Source: a virus. Taken from it: DNA of 32,457 nt. The stretch is from UHGV virus genome UHGV-0096747; one strand, given 5' to 3'. Shown one piece after another: positions 9,050 through 18,411 of this stretch (position 1 is its first letter; the number at the start of each line of letters is the position of its first letter). The position numbers and the translations under genes are program-made. The notes under the pieces were generated by a model that did not search any database, was not told where the DNA came from, and saw nothing but the letters and a program-made list of their open reading frames with translations.

Positions 9050-9577
9050 TTATTGCGGCATTTCCGGCCATTCAGGATTTGCAGGATCCACACGACTGAC
9101 CAGAACGCTGTAGCGTTCCCAGATCTCCAGCCGTGTGCGCTCCTCATCTGTTGCCATGTTCAGTCTGACCGCGCGCTCCAGCGGCAAAATCACGGATTCA
9201 GCATCTGCTAGAAGTCTGGCTTTCCGATTTTCTGCCTGCTGCTGCAATTCCTCCGCCGTATAAATTCGTTTAATCACTGTGCCGTCCTTAAACATCCAGT
9301 TCCCTGAAATGTCCGCCCGTCGGTTAGCGGTAATATCCGGCACTTCAACAACACTTAATCCATCTGGTCTGATAGCTGTCACATCCTTTTCCACATAGCG
9401 GATAATATTATCTTTGTCGTACGCTATTTTTATCGTGTCATCAGCAAAATACTTTTGTTCTTCGTACCAGTTCTTACCATCTTCTGAAAAAAACCAGACA
9501 ACATCAAAACCCTTTGTCAATTGATATTGTTCAACCGTTTTTGGATTACCCGCCGTAATATTTTTTAAATGCTGCAT
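9050..9577 (-). CDS. G: Tail fibre assembly protein
   Basis: 175 aa as in P2 gpG; immediately downstream of the tail fibre gene. Confidence 0.88.
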   Translation of the reverse strand: MQHLKNITAGNPKTVEQYQLTKGFDVVWFFSEDGKNWYEEQKYFADDTIKIAYDKDNIIRYVEKDVTAIRPDGLSVVEVPDITANRRADISGNWMFKDGTVIKRIYTAEELQQQAENRKARLLADAESVILPLERAVRLNMATDEERTRLEIWERYSVLVSRVDPANPEWPEMPQ

Positions 9578-9580
9578 AAA

Positions 9581-11578
9581 TTATACCTGTGCCACGTTAT
9601 ACCATGTCCCGTTAATGTATTTCTGAACCGGTCTGTAATATACGCCACCAATGTTATCGGCAGAGTTTGAGCCGGTATCCTGAACAATAATGCCGGAATA
9701 TATACACCCGGACGGTGCCTGATGTGTCCATGTCATGCCATTGTTCGCAGGTTTGTATGTGGCAGCACCACCAAGCCGGATATCCCGGACATAGCGGGAA
9801 TCAAAGTTACCGTAATCTGTGGGATTAACACGCCCCGTAATATTTATGGTTTTATTACTTTGAATGCTACCGGAGACAAAGCGCATAACATGGACGTTAT
9901 TAGCATAAACATCCAGATTACCGTCGCCATTTTGTTTAAAGCCCGTGTCATTATCACCCAAAACAATCGAGTTACCGCCAAGAGCACTGGATGTACCGAT
10001 GCCCAGTGCACCATTCAATTGACCTCCAGATAATGATAACGCCCCAACATCAGCAGCAGTCGGTTTAATGTGCGAACTGTAAATTACATATACAGTTCCA
10101 TCTGTCAGGCCTGTTGGTTTATTCGCTGTATAAGTTGGTGATGTATGAATCGTTACGCTGGCGTTACTGGTATAATCCCACTGAATATTAACACCTGTGG
10201 CGTAATTACCTATTTCAACATAAACATCATAGGTATCACCGGATGTATTCACCCATGCAAAATTAGTAAATCCAACCGATGTCCGTCGCCATAACGCACC
10301 AGTAAGACCTTTTGGATTTCCATTCCCCGCACGAAGAACAAGTTCAGATATACCAGCCTGCATAGGGGAGTTAACATTATATCCGGCACCACCAATCAGA
10401 CTTATGTAAACCACGGAACTGGCCTGTGGCATGGTTACAGTTGCCAGCCTGAACCATCCTGTACCACCACTAAAAGACATGGTTGTTGAATTTGTTGCTC
10501 CAATATTGCGCAGGAATAATCTTTTATCAGGAATATCCGCGCCATTTTGATCTTTCTGAAGACGTTTTTCAGCATTGTCATAGGCAGACTTCACCGCTTT
10601 TGGTGTTGCGGCCAGCGTTTCCGAATCACTGTTGGTGGCGCTACTGAGCTGAACAAGCCCTTTTCGCGCTGTGGTGGCATCCTGTGCAGTGTATTTCCCG
10701 TTAGCAAGGTCATACGCGACCTTTACCGCCTTTGGCGTTGCGGCCAGCGTTTCAGAATCGCTGTTGGTGGCGCTACTGAGCTGAACAAGGCCTTTTCGCG
10801 CTGTGGTGGCGTCCTGTGCGGTATATTTCCCGTTAGCAAGGTCATATGCTGCTTTTACCGCTTTTGGTGTTGCAGCGAGCGTTTCAGACGTGCTGTTGGT
10901 GGCACTACTGAGCTGGACAAGGCCTTTTCGTGCTGTGGTGGCGTCCTGTGCGGTATATTTCCCGTTAGCAAGGTCATATGCGGCCTTTACCGCCTTTGGC
11001 GTTGCAGCCAGTGTTTCAGACGTGCTGTTGGTCGCACTGCTTAACTGAGTAAAACCTTTTGCGGTCAGCGAGGCGTCCGGGTGACGTCGTGACTGTTCAT
11101 GTTCTGCAATTTTGTCATCAACGTAATCCTGCGTCGCCATCACCGTTGTGGTGTCAATGGTCAGCGCCACTGAGGTCACACTGCTGACGATGATGACCAT
11201 ACGGCAGGTCTGCGAACGCCCTGAGCCTTCGGCAAGAGCTGGCTTATAACTTTCGGCCATGTTCGCCACAGCAATTAACGTTCCCGCATCATCGTACAGG
11301 CCAAGCTCACGCATCCAGAAACCGCCCACCTCCGGCGGAATAACCAGCTCTGCGATAATATAATTACTGTTTCGTTTGTCCTGGCTGATTTTGTTCAGCG
11401 CATGTCGCCAGACTTCGTGGATAAGCCCGGTCTGTCCGGCATCCGGGACAGGCAATTTACCACCGCCATCCCCGACGGCCATCGTGGTAATGTTGACCTT
11501 CCGCCCTCCCGGTGCGGTTGCCGCTGCCAGCTTTGCTGCACCGGCAGTGGTGATAACGGTTCTGAATTTTGTGCTCAT
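9581..11578 (-). CDS. H: Tail fibre protein
   Basis: 665 aa (P2 gpH is about 669); position between I and G; contains internal tandem repeats. Confidence 0.88.
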   Translation of the reverse strand: MSTKFRTVITTAGAAKLAAATAPGGRKVNITTMAVGDGGGKLPVPDAGQTGLIHEVWRHALNKISQDKRNSNYIIAELVIPPEVGGFWMRELGLYDDAGTLIAVANMAESYKPALAEGSGRSQTCRMVIIVSSVTSVALTIDTTTVMATQDYVDDKIAEHEQSRRHPDASLTAKGFTQLSSATNSTSETLAATPKAVKAAYDLANGKYTAQDATTARKGLVQLSSATNSTSETLAATPKAVKAAYDLANGKYTAQDATTARKGLVQLSSATNSDSETLAATPKAVKVAYDLANGKYTAQDATTARKGLVQLSSATNSDSETLAATPKAVKSAYDNAEKRLQKDQNGADIPDKRLFLRNIGATNSTTMSFSGGTGWFRLATVTMPQASSVVYISLIGGAGYNVNSPMQAGISELVLRAGNGNPKGLTGALWRRTSVGFTNFAWVNTSGDTYDVYVEIGNYATGVNIQWDYTSNASVTIHTSPTYTANKPTGLTDGTVYVIYSSHIKPTAADVGALSLSGGQLNGALGIGTSSALGGNSIVLGDNDTGFKQNGDGNLDVYANNVHVMRFVSGSIQSNKTINITGRVNPTDYGNFDSRYVRDIRLGGAATYKPANNGMTWTHQAPSGCIYSGIIVQDTGSNSADNIGGVYYRPVQKYINGTWYNVAQV
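10565..11059 (-). repeat. About 3.7 tandem copies of a 132-bp (44-aa) unit inside the tail fibre gene
   Basis: Peptide unit KG(F/L)(T/V)QLSSATNS(T/D)SETLAATPKAVK(A/V/S)AYDLANGKYTAQDATTAR repeated; DNA period of 132 bp confirmed by identical strings at 10640 and 10772; boundaries derived from protein positions. Confidence 0.8.
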
Positions 11579-11588
11579 TATTCCTCAC

Positions 11589-12119
11589 TTATCCGGGGTA
11601 AACCGTAATTACATCGCCGTCGTAAGCCACACCACCGGCGAACAGGTAGCCGGGAATGTCCCGGGTAATGTTCAGGCCAATAAGGTGGCGGCTTGCAGGT
11701 TTGGCATCAGCAATCAGCCGTTCCATTTCCTGATACATTGCCTCTGTGATGCCGCTTTCCAGTACACCAATATCAAGCCGGAAGGTGCCAGGCGGGTCAC
11801 TGTTTTCCCACCACTCCGTCACGTTGATGAGATAGCCGAGCGGCTCCACCACACGCCGGATTGCACCTATTGTGCCTTTATGACAGTGGATGAAATACGC
11901 ATCGCGGATAACGGCGCGTTTTGTCGCTTCCGGCCACTTTTCATCCCACCTGTCGACCGAAAACGCCCACGCCAGCCACGGCAGCAGATTTGCCGGACAG
12001 GTGTCCGGGTTCCACAGCTCACGAATACTGACCGGCGTTTTTTCAATTTCCGCACAGGCTTTTGCGGCGGCGACCTCAAGCGGTGATGAGCCGGTCGGCA
12101 GCAGTCGCGAATCACTCAT
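11589..12119 (-). CDS. I: Baseplate assembly protein I
   Basis: 176 aa as in P2 gpI; position. Confidence 0.88.
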   Translation of the reverse strand: MSDSRLLPTGSSPLEVAAAKACAEIEKTPVSIRELWNPDTCPANLLPWLAWAFSVDRWDEKWPEATKRAVIRDAYFIHCHKGTIGAIRRVVEPLGYLINVTEWWENSDPPGTFRLDIGVLESGITEAMYQEMERLIADAKPASRHLIGLNITRDIPGYLFAGGVAYDGDVITVYPG

Positions 12120-13020
12120 CCGAGCCTCCGGTCACGACGCGGTATTCGGTACAGAAAGACGCCTGCGTACTGTTGAGCACGATGTCGGCCAGTGGTGCAG
12201 CCAGTTCGACACGCTGCACACCTTCCACATGCAAAGCGGCATAAATGGCAGACAGACGGATGTCGCGCCCCAGCCGGTGCTGTGCCGTGATATACGCTTC
12301 CAGCTTTTTCACAGCGGCAGCGCGGATGGGTTCGCTTTCGGGACCAGGGTAAAGGTAAAGCGTGGCGTTTATCTGGTATTCAACGATGGCGGCAGACTGC
12401 ACGGTCACGCGGTCGGCCACCGGCCTGACGTCCTCGCCATTAAGGGCGTTACGCACCACAGCCAGCAGGTCTTCGGATGCGACGCCGTTATTTTCACGTG
12501 ACAGCACAGAGATAGTGACGCAGGCCGGAGACGGACTGGTGACAGAGATATCCGCGACACGCCCGTCGGCACTGCGGCCATGATACTGATAGGCACCCAC
12601 CGACCCGGCGACGCTTAAACCTTCAAACGCCTGCTGAATACGCAGCCGATAATCGGTGTCAGATTCCATCACTGCCGGTGTCGGCGGAATGGTCGAATCA
12701 TCTGCCGGGGTGATAGTCAGGCGCGTGGTGTTGTAATTGGCACCAATCACATCAAGGTCATTACCGGCGGCACAGGCCAGCATCACCGCCCGTGCGGCCT
12801 CATTCACACGCTGACGCCAGATAAGCTCACGATAAGCATTTTCTTCCAGCAGTTTGACGAGAGACTCAGATTCCAGTGTCAGGGTACGGGCGACCGCCTC
12901 CTGCTGATCTTCCGGGTAAAGGGAAATCAGTGTCGCCTTGCGTTCAGCGAGAATGCTTTCAAAGTCCAGCTCCTCGACCACATCCGGTGCGGGTAGCTGG
13001 TTCAGGTCGATAATCGGCAT
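12112..13020 (-). CDS. J: Baseplate protein J
   Basis: 302 aa as in P2 gpJ; position. Confidence 0.88.
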   Translation of the reverse strand: MPIIDLNQLPAPDVVEELDFESILAERKATLISLYPEDQQEAVARTLTLESESLVKLLEENAYRELIWRQRVNEAARAVMLACAAGNDLDVIGANYNTTRLTITPADDSTIPPTPAVMESDTDYRLRIQQAFEGLSVAGSVGAYQYHGRSADGRVADISVTSPSPACVTISVLSRENNGVASEDLLAVVRNALNGEDVRPVADRVTVQSAAIVEYQINATLYLYPGPESEPIRAAAVKKLEAYITAQHRLGRDIRLSAIYAALHVEGVQRVELAAPLADIVLNSTQASFCTEYRVVTGGSDE

Positions 13021-13024
13021 GGTT

Positions 13025-13372
13025 TCAACTCACAGGGATGGTTAATGAAAGTGGCTGGCCGGTGTCGTTGTGCTGGCCGGTTAACGTGACCGTCATTCGC
13101 CCGTCAAAACTGCGCTCAGTGGTGACGGATGACAGGGTGACGCGGGGTTCCCATTTCAGCACCGCCATGTAACAGGCGACCTTAATCTGCAACTCAAGCG
13201 CCGGGGTCTGCGGCTGGTCAATCATTGATGCCAGCAACGAGCCGTAATCACGACGCATCACCCGTGAGCCGACCGGTGTGCGCAGGATATCGCCGATACT
13301 CTGGCTGATATGCTCAAGGTCAGTGACAGTCAGGCCATCACTGCGATTCATTCCGAGATAACGCGCTGTCAT
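13025..13372 (-). CDS. W: Baseplate protein W
   Basis: 115 aa as in P2 gpW; position. Confidence 0.88.
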   Translation of the reverse strand: MTARYLGMNRSDGLTVTDLEHISQSIGDILRTPVGSRVMRRDYGSLLASMIDQPQTPALELQIKVACYMAVLKWEPRVTLSSVTTERSFDGRMTVTLTGQHNDTGQPLSLTIPVS

Positions 13373-14004
13373 AAAGGACTCCCGGTTGTGCCGCCGCTGT
13401 CGCCGGGGTGTTTATGGGTATGCAGTACCTTACCGTTTGATGAGAGTTCACCGCCGGTGTGTTCAATGTTGCCGCGCATCGTCCCGCCCTTCTGCACTTC
13501 CAGCATGCCGGTAGTCAGTTTGTTGGTGCAGACCACTTCCGGTGTGTCCAGGGTGATGCGGGTTGATGCTTTCACCATAACCACCGGCACCGTGGCAGTA
13601 ACAGAATCAGAAGCCATCACGCTGGCCGTTTTAACTCCGCTTACCGTGAGCGCACTGGTTTCAGGTTCATACTCAATCACCGCCCCGTCAGGGAAACGGA
13701 TATGCAGGGCATCCGCCGACGCAGACGGCGCGGGGTTATCGCCGGAATAAATCCCCGGCAGAACGAACGCCGTGTCGAGTTCACCGCCCACGGCCAGAAT
13801 CAGCACCTGTTCCCCCACGGAAGGTGCCCACCATGTGCGCGAACGTCCGGCGCGATGGGTCAGCCACTGAAGCCAGTCGGTGCACATGCCGCCGGTCTGC
13901 ACACGGCAGCGACCGGCGTTAAGGTCGGTTTCGACGATAATGCCGGTGCGAATCATGTTGCGCAGTGCGCGCGCGAGTTCCTGAATATTTGCGAGAGTGT
14001 TCAT
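13369..14004 (-). CDS. V: Baseplate spike protein V
   Basis: 211 aa from the ATG at 14002..14004 (MNTLANIQ), matching P2 gpV length; the track ORF extends 6 codons further upstream. Confidence 0.85.
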   Translation of the reverse strand: MNTLANIQELARALRNMIRTGIIVETDLNAGRCRVQTGGMCTDWLQWLTHRAGRSRTWWAPSVGEQVLILAVGGELDTAFVLPGIYSGDNPAPSASADALHIRFPDGAVIEYEPETSALTVSGVKTASVMASDSVTATVPVVMVKASTRITLDTPEVVCTNKLTTGMLEVQKGGTMRGNIEHTGGELSSNGKVLHTHKHPGDSGGTTGSPL

Positions 14005-14087
14005 GCATGTGAGATTGCACAATATATAAAAGTTATGCTATCTGGATTCATTTGTAGAACTACCAGACAACATTCAAGGAGAGCGTA

Positions 14088-14873
14088 ATGGTCAGCTATA
14101 ATGTGACTAATGTGTGGGGGCTAATCGTTTTTTTCCTTTGTAGCTTTGCAGTATTAGCATTTTTTAGCTTTGGTAAAAGTAACCTTATGAGGCTTATTGC
14201 ACATTATTTCAATTTTGGATATTCAGACAAAAAATTAAAAAGACTTGACCGCGAGTGGCGCGACATTCAACTATTTAAAATAATTAACGGAATCAATGTA
14301 TCAGGCATTGAAAATGTGAGAATGATACAGCAGGGACTGATTGATGGAAAACTAAAAACATCGTATTTTTTCCTTACTCGCATCTGGGGTGACATAACAA
14401 AAACACCACACATAATTAAAACAATAATTGTAATTCTGTCCAGTATTTTTTACATTCTCCTCGCATGTTACATACACAACGAACAATCCGTTATAGTAAG
14501 GGATGCCATAGGCATACCATATAAAAACATGATGTACTATGTTTATAGTGACAAAGTTCTTTTATCCTTCAAAAATAAAGCAGTTGAATTTAATAAAACT
14601 TATAGCCTTGCCGATTGCAAGAGACTGCAAAACGTATTTATAAAAGACACACTTCCTGAAATCGCCTGCAATAAGCTCTTACAGCTAAACGAGGAGGACT
14701 CCGAATGGTTAAGCCAGGAGATTAAAGATAATAACAGTCACAAAAAAGCATTATCAATACTATCCCTCGTCTATTTCACTTCAGGTCTGGTTATATTCCT
14801 GTCATATACAAAATTCTTTTACGCCAATAAGAAGGTTTTAGAATACAAAGCATCAAATAAAAATCACTCATAA
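14088..14873 (+). CDS. orf30-like AT-rich membrane protein, antisense to the late operon
   Basis: 261 aa (786 bp, the size I recall for P2 orf30); ATG with AGGAG Shine-Dalgarno; three hydrophobic helix-like segments; very AT-rich; opposite strand to flanking V and S. Confidence 0.7.
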   Translation: MVSYNVTNVWGLIVFFLCSFAVLAFFSFGKSNLMRLIAHYFNFGYSDKKLKRLDREWRDIQLFKIINGINVSGIENVRMIQQGLIDGKLKTSYFFLTRIWGDITKTPHIIKTIIVILSSIFYILLACYIHNEQSVIVRDAIGIPYKNMMYYVYSDKVLLSFKNKAVEFNKTYSLADCKRLQNVFIKDTLPEIACNKLLQLNEEDSEWLSQEIKDNNSHKKALSILSLVYFTSGLVIFLSYTKFFYANKKVLEYKASNKNHS

Positions 14874-14878
14874 ACCTC

Positions 14879-14915
14879 TAAACATTGAGCGACCAGCATG
14901 GCCGCTCAATGTTTA
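14879..14915. terminator. Bidirectional terminator between convergent orf30-like gene and S
   Basis: 13-bp perfect inverted repeat (TAAACATTGAGCG / CGCTCAATGTTTA) with 11-nt loop, T-rich flank. Confidence 0.5.
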
Positions 14916-14944
14916 ATTGCGCATCAGCCTCTGCCTGGATAAAA

Positions 14945-15397
14945 CTAACGCTCAAGGTGAGCCAGGATAATCTCTTCAATCATCTGCACATCCTCACCGG
15001 TAAAGCCGAGCAAAGGACGCGCCGGATAATCAATTGTCTTACCGTCTTTCCGGGTTTCTTCCGACAGACCGAACTGATGCACACTGGCGATTTTCGGCGA
15101 CTTCCCGCCGTAAAATTCCATTGATGCCTGTTCCGGGCTGGCGCGGATATGCAAAAAACGACTGGTGATAAGTTTCGCAAACATTTTTCGCTTAACACGA
15201 CCGGTCTTTTTTCTGGCGCTCTGCTGCTGGCGTGGCGCGTAGGGTGTGCCGTCCGGGGCTTTCTGTGCCATCACCCGACGCTGCTGACTCTGCCGCAGAC
15301 GCTTCGCCAGCTCTGCACTCAGCCGCCGACGCCCTGACGGTGACAGCGACTCAATAAGTCCGGTCAGCCGGTCTTCAAAACGCTTAAACTCATTCAT
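14945..15397 (-). CDS. S: Tail completion protein S
   Basis: 150 aa as in P2 gpS; position. Confidence 0.88.
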   Translation of the reverse strand: MNEFKRFEDRLTGLIESLSPSGRRRLSAELAKRLRQSQQRRVMAQKAPDGTPYAPRQQQSARKKTGRVKRKMFAKLITSRFLHIRASPEQASMEFYGGKSPKIASVHQFGLSEETRKDGKTIDYPARPLLGFTGEDVQMIEEIILAHLER

Positions 15398-15857
15398 CCC
15401 ACTTGCTCACCAGTTCGCCATTGATATAAAGCTCCATCGGGCGGGTGACCGGTTCCGGCGGCGGGGGTTCCGGGATATTCTTCACATGCAGTGCGCCGTC
15501 AACCTCACTGACCAGCGTGCGCTCGGTCAGCATCAGGCTGATACTGATATCAAAGCTGCTGTCATTGTTGATGTCTGCATAAAATGTGAAGCCCTTTTTC
15601 TGGCCTTCGTCGGTGGTCATGATGTCGGGCTGATTTTCCCGCAGCCACGCCAGCACCGGCACGATGAGCAGGTCAAAATCACCGGTAAAGTCGGTCACAA
15701 TGACATTGAGCGTGTAACGCTTTTCGAATGACAGCGACGCAGCCAGTGTGGAGGCAATACTCCCGTTATCCACGAATATCCGCAGCATCTCGGGGCTGGT
15801 TTTCAGCACCGTGACGGCATCAGTCAGTGCCCTGCGCAGGCTGTCGGGTTTGAGCAT
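15390..15857 (-). CDS. R: Tail completion protein R
   Basis: 155 aa as in P2 gpR; position. Confidence 0.88.
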   Translation of the reverse strand: MLKPDSLRRALTDAVTVLKTSPEMLRIFVDNGSIASTLAASLSFEKRYTLNVIVTDFTGDFDLLIVPVLAWLRENQPDIMTTDEGQKKGFTFYADINNDSSFDISISLMLTERTLVSEVDGALHVKNIPEPPPPEPVTRPMELYINGELVSKWDE

Positions 15858-16110
15858 CGTTTTCGTCCTGACAGTGTTTAATCATTTTTACCTGGCTGGC
15901 ACAGCGTGCCAGCGCGTTCTCAAGCTGCCGGATATCGGCACTTAAATCGCCGTTCGTCTCCGGGTCACTGCCCGGCATCGGGCAAAAACTCACTTTCGGG
16001 CAGGCGTTGTGGACAATCACTGGCGTCGGTGCAGGCCGGGCGCTGGTGCAACCGGCGCACAGCATCAGGCAGGTCAGCACCGTACCAGCGGCGAAAATCT
16101 TCGTTTTCAT
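15820..16110 (-). CDS. lysC: LysC, Rz1-like outer-membrane spanin lipoprotein, starting inside lysB in another frame
   Basis: 96 aa as in P2 LysC; signal peptide with lipobox LCAGC; starts within lysB and extends past its stop. Confidence 0.8.
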   Translation of the reverse strand: MKTKIFAAGTVLTCLMLCAGCTSARPAPTPVIVHNACPKVSFCPMPGSDPETNGDLSADIRQLENALARCASQVKMIKHCQDENDAQTRQPAQGTD

Positions 16111-16390
16111 TCAGTAACCTCGTGATGGTTTTCTCGCGCTGTGCTTCACGCTTCGCGGCGTTCTCCAGTTCCTGACGCAGTGCCACCTGCGCCAGCTCGT
16201 TTTTGTCTGCCCTGGTGAGCGCAACATGAAGCTGATTTTTCAGCATGGTGATGGTCGTCTGCTGCCCGCTGGCGACGCTGTTCGCCCTGTCCAGCGAGTC
16301 GCGCAGTCTGGCGTTTTCATGCTTCACCAGAAACAGCCCCGCCACCGCCAGTGATAACAACACAACCAGCACAATCATCAGCTTTGACAT
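15965..16390 (-). CDS. lysB: LysB, Rz-like inner-membrane spanin
   Basis: 141 aa as in P2 LysB; N-terminal transmembrane segment then charged coiled-coil region. Confidence 0.82.
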   Translation of the reverse strand: MSKLMIVLVVLLSLAVAGLFLVKHENARLRDSLDRANSVASGQQTTITMLKNQLHVALTRADKNELAQVALRQELENAAKREAQREKTITRLLNENEDFRRWYGADLPDAVRRLHQRPACTDASDCPQRLPESEFLPDAGQ

Positions 16391-16803
16391 GGTTCCCGCC
16401 CCTCAAAACGCTGACGACAGGCCGTGCGTATCAGCCGGAAGAACACCGACGCCACGAGGTAAATCAGCGCGGTAAAAATCCACCCGGCAGCGACCAGCGA
16501 GATAAACGTCGCCACCATCACCACCAGAGCCGCCGCCCGTCTGCGCCACGGCACCGGCTGCAAAAACAGCGACGCGACAATCTTCACGGCCAGCGATTCC
16601 GGCGGCAGCTCCCGCCCGTAGCGTTCCAGCACATACTCAGTGGCATACACGCCGACACCACCGGCAACCACACAGATAACCGTCGCCAGAATCGCCCAGG
16701 CGGCGACAAAATTGACGGCCACGCTCTGCGGGTAAATCAGGGACAGTGCCAGCATCAGCGCCAGCGACACGTGCAGCATCAGTGAAAGGGATAATTTCTT
16801 CAT
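16378..16803 (-). CDS. lysA: LysA, membrane protein of the lysis cassette
   Basis: 141 aa as in P2 LysA; several hydrophobic helices. Confidence 0.8.
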   Translation of the reverse strand: MKKLSLSLMLHVSLALMLALSLIYPQSVAVNFVAAWAILATVICVVAGGVGVYATEYVLERYGRELPPESLAVKIVASLFLQPVPWRRRAAALVVMVATFISLVAAGWIFTALIYLVASVFFRLIRTACRQRFEGREPCQS

Positions 16804-16817
16804 GGTGTTTACTCCGT

Positions 16818-17315
16818 TTAAGCCGGTACGCCGCCAGCGGTACGCCAGACGGTGACCAGTTTTTCCAGTGAATGCTCACGCTGACCGTAACCGGCACCCG
16901 GCAGGGACGCCCAGATATTGCGACAGCGTGAAATGGCGCGTTCAATGCGTCCCGCCCGGATGTCATCCAGCGCACCGCGTTCGCGGATCAACTGAATGGC
17001 GAGTCTGTCCTGTGACAACGGACTGAAATCCGGCAGGGCAAGCTGTTTGCGGTAATGCGGCCAGAACAGGTAAAGCTGCTGATAGCGACCGGAGGCCGTG
17101 GATTTTTCACCGCGACGGTTAAACACCTTCGCCGGTCGGCCATGCGCGAACGGGTGGTCACTGTAGTCGGTGAAGATTTCCGGCTTTCCGTCCAGTCCGG
17201 TGACTATCACGTCATAGCCCCGGTTTTTCGTCAGCGGATGGTTCGCCGTCCCTTCGGACACGGCCAGCATGTCGAGAAAGGCGGCGATATTCTGATGCGT
17301 GTTAATAACCGGCAT
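16818..17315 (-). CDS. K: Endolysin
   Basis: 165 aa as in P2 gpK; position between holin and lysA. Confidence 0.88.
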   Translation of the reverse strand: MPVINTHQNIAAFLDMLAVSEGTANHPLTKNRGYDVIVTGLDGKPEIFTDYSDHPFAHGRPAKVFNRRGEKSTASGRYQQLYLFWPHYRKQLALPDFSPLSQDRLAIQLIRERGALDDIRAGRIERAISRCRNIWASLPGAGYGQREHSLEKLVTVWRTAGGVPA

Positions 17316-17596
17316 TACGGTTTCCCCCTGCCCTTAAAGCGGCGCTGAATGGCAATCTCAATCACCTGATAACCGGCGATACCCAGCATGGAGCCGATGC
17401 CGCACACCGCAGGCAGTGACAGGTCAGGAAACTGCACCAGAACAACACCGGCAACCATCGAGACAAAACCACCGAGCAACATGCGCCCGATAAACAGACG
17501 CGGGGTAATGGGTTCACCACCGGCAAGCACCTTGCCGACAACAATCAGCACCCCAATCATGAAAAGCGACAGGACGCTTTTTTCTTCTGCTGTCAT
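17315..17596 (-). CDS. Y: Holin
   Basis: 93 aa as in P2 gpY; hydrophobic helices and charged C-terminus. Confidence 0.85.
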   Translation of the reverse strand: MTAEEKSVLSLFMIGVLIVVGKVLAGGEPITPRLFIGRMLLGGFVSMVAGVVLVQFPDLSLPAVCGIGSMLGIAGYQVIEIAIQRRFKGRGKP

Positions 17597-17599
17597 GCG

Positions 17600-17803
17600 T
17601 TACTCCCACAGATTGACAGTTTCAGCCACGGGCGCGGTCTGAACGTCGGGCAGTTCGACGGCGGTGCCGTGTGGCAGCACCGCACCCAGTTCAGCCAGTC
17701 CCGGATTTGCGGCGAGCACGGTCTCAACCACGCCCTCAGTGCGCCCGTAATACCGGACACAGATGGCGTCGAGCGTGTCGCCCTGTAGCGCAAAGGTCTT
17801 CAT
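17600..17803 (-). CDS. X: Tail protein X
   Basis: 67 aa from the ATG at 17801..17803 (MKTFALQGDTLD), matching P2 gpX length; start overlaps the L stop. Confidence 0.85.
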   Translation of the reverse strand: MKTFALQGDTLDAICVRYYGRTEGVVETVLAANPGLAELGAVLPHGTAVELPDVQTAPVAETVNLWE

Positions 17804-18312
17804 CAGATTTGACTCACGATGCAGCGCGGCTTGTCCTGGATGCGCGCCACCGCCCAGCGCATATCCCGCCACAGCTCATCAATGGTGCTGTCTATGCTGT
17901 CGGCCTTTTTGTCGCCTTTCGCACTGGCATCCACGCCGCGATAACGCTCATAAAGCGACGCGGTCGCCATCGCACACACGGCGCGCTCGTAGTAAAAAAC
18001 TTTGATGCTTTCACCATCGATGTCGTCCGCCGGGACGTCCGCCAGACGCGTAAAACCGGCAGCAATTTTCTGTTCGCGGTACTCGTACAGCTCCGCATTC
18101 GTTTCCGCCATGCCTGACTTGATGGCCTCACGCAGACGGGCGGGGGCGACGGTCTGCTCAAGGCGCATACGTTCCCGGACGCGCTTCGGGTCGATATCGG
18201 GAAAAAAGAACGTGTTTTTAATCACCGGCTCGTCGCCTGCCGGTTGCGGGATGACCACCGTACCCTCACCGGACACGGGAGCCTCCTTTCGCGGAATAAT
18301 CAGCGTCATCAT
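17803..18312 (-). CDS. L: Head completion protein L
   Basis: 169 aa from the ATG at 18310..18312, matching P2 gpL; the track ORF is an upstream extension from an alternative start. Confidence 0.85.
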   Translation of the reverse strand: MMTLIIPRKEAPVSGEGTVVIPQPAGDEPVIKNTFFFPDIDPKRVRERMRLEQTVAPARLREAIKSGMAETNAELYEYREQKIAAGFTRLADVPADDIDGESIKVFYYERAVCAMATASLYERYRGVDASAKGDKKADSIDSTIDELWRDMRWAVARIQDKPRCIVSQI

Positions 18313-18411
18313 GACTACCTCTGAAAAGTCGGGCGGTGGACGCCGGTGCAGTGTCAGGTGATTCACCCTCACTGACCGGCGTGCCGCCCTGGCGCGGGGC
18401 GCATTCGGTTG

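Noticed and set aside
8905-9147. 80-aa minus-strand ORF overlapping the 3' end of gene G
   Set aside because: Mostly inside G in another frame; likely spurious.
10547-11048. Periodic plus-strand ORFs with repeated CGQRFR peptides, superficially like a repeat array
   Set aside because: They are the antisense image of the tail-fibre tandem repeats; the units are contiguous with no unique spacers, so this is not a CRISPR array.
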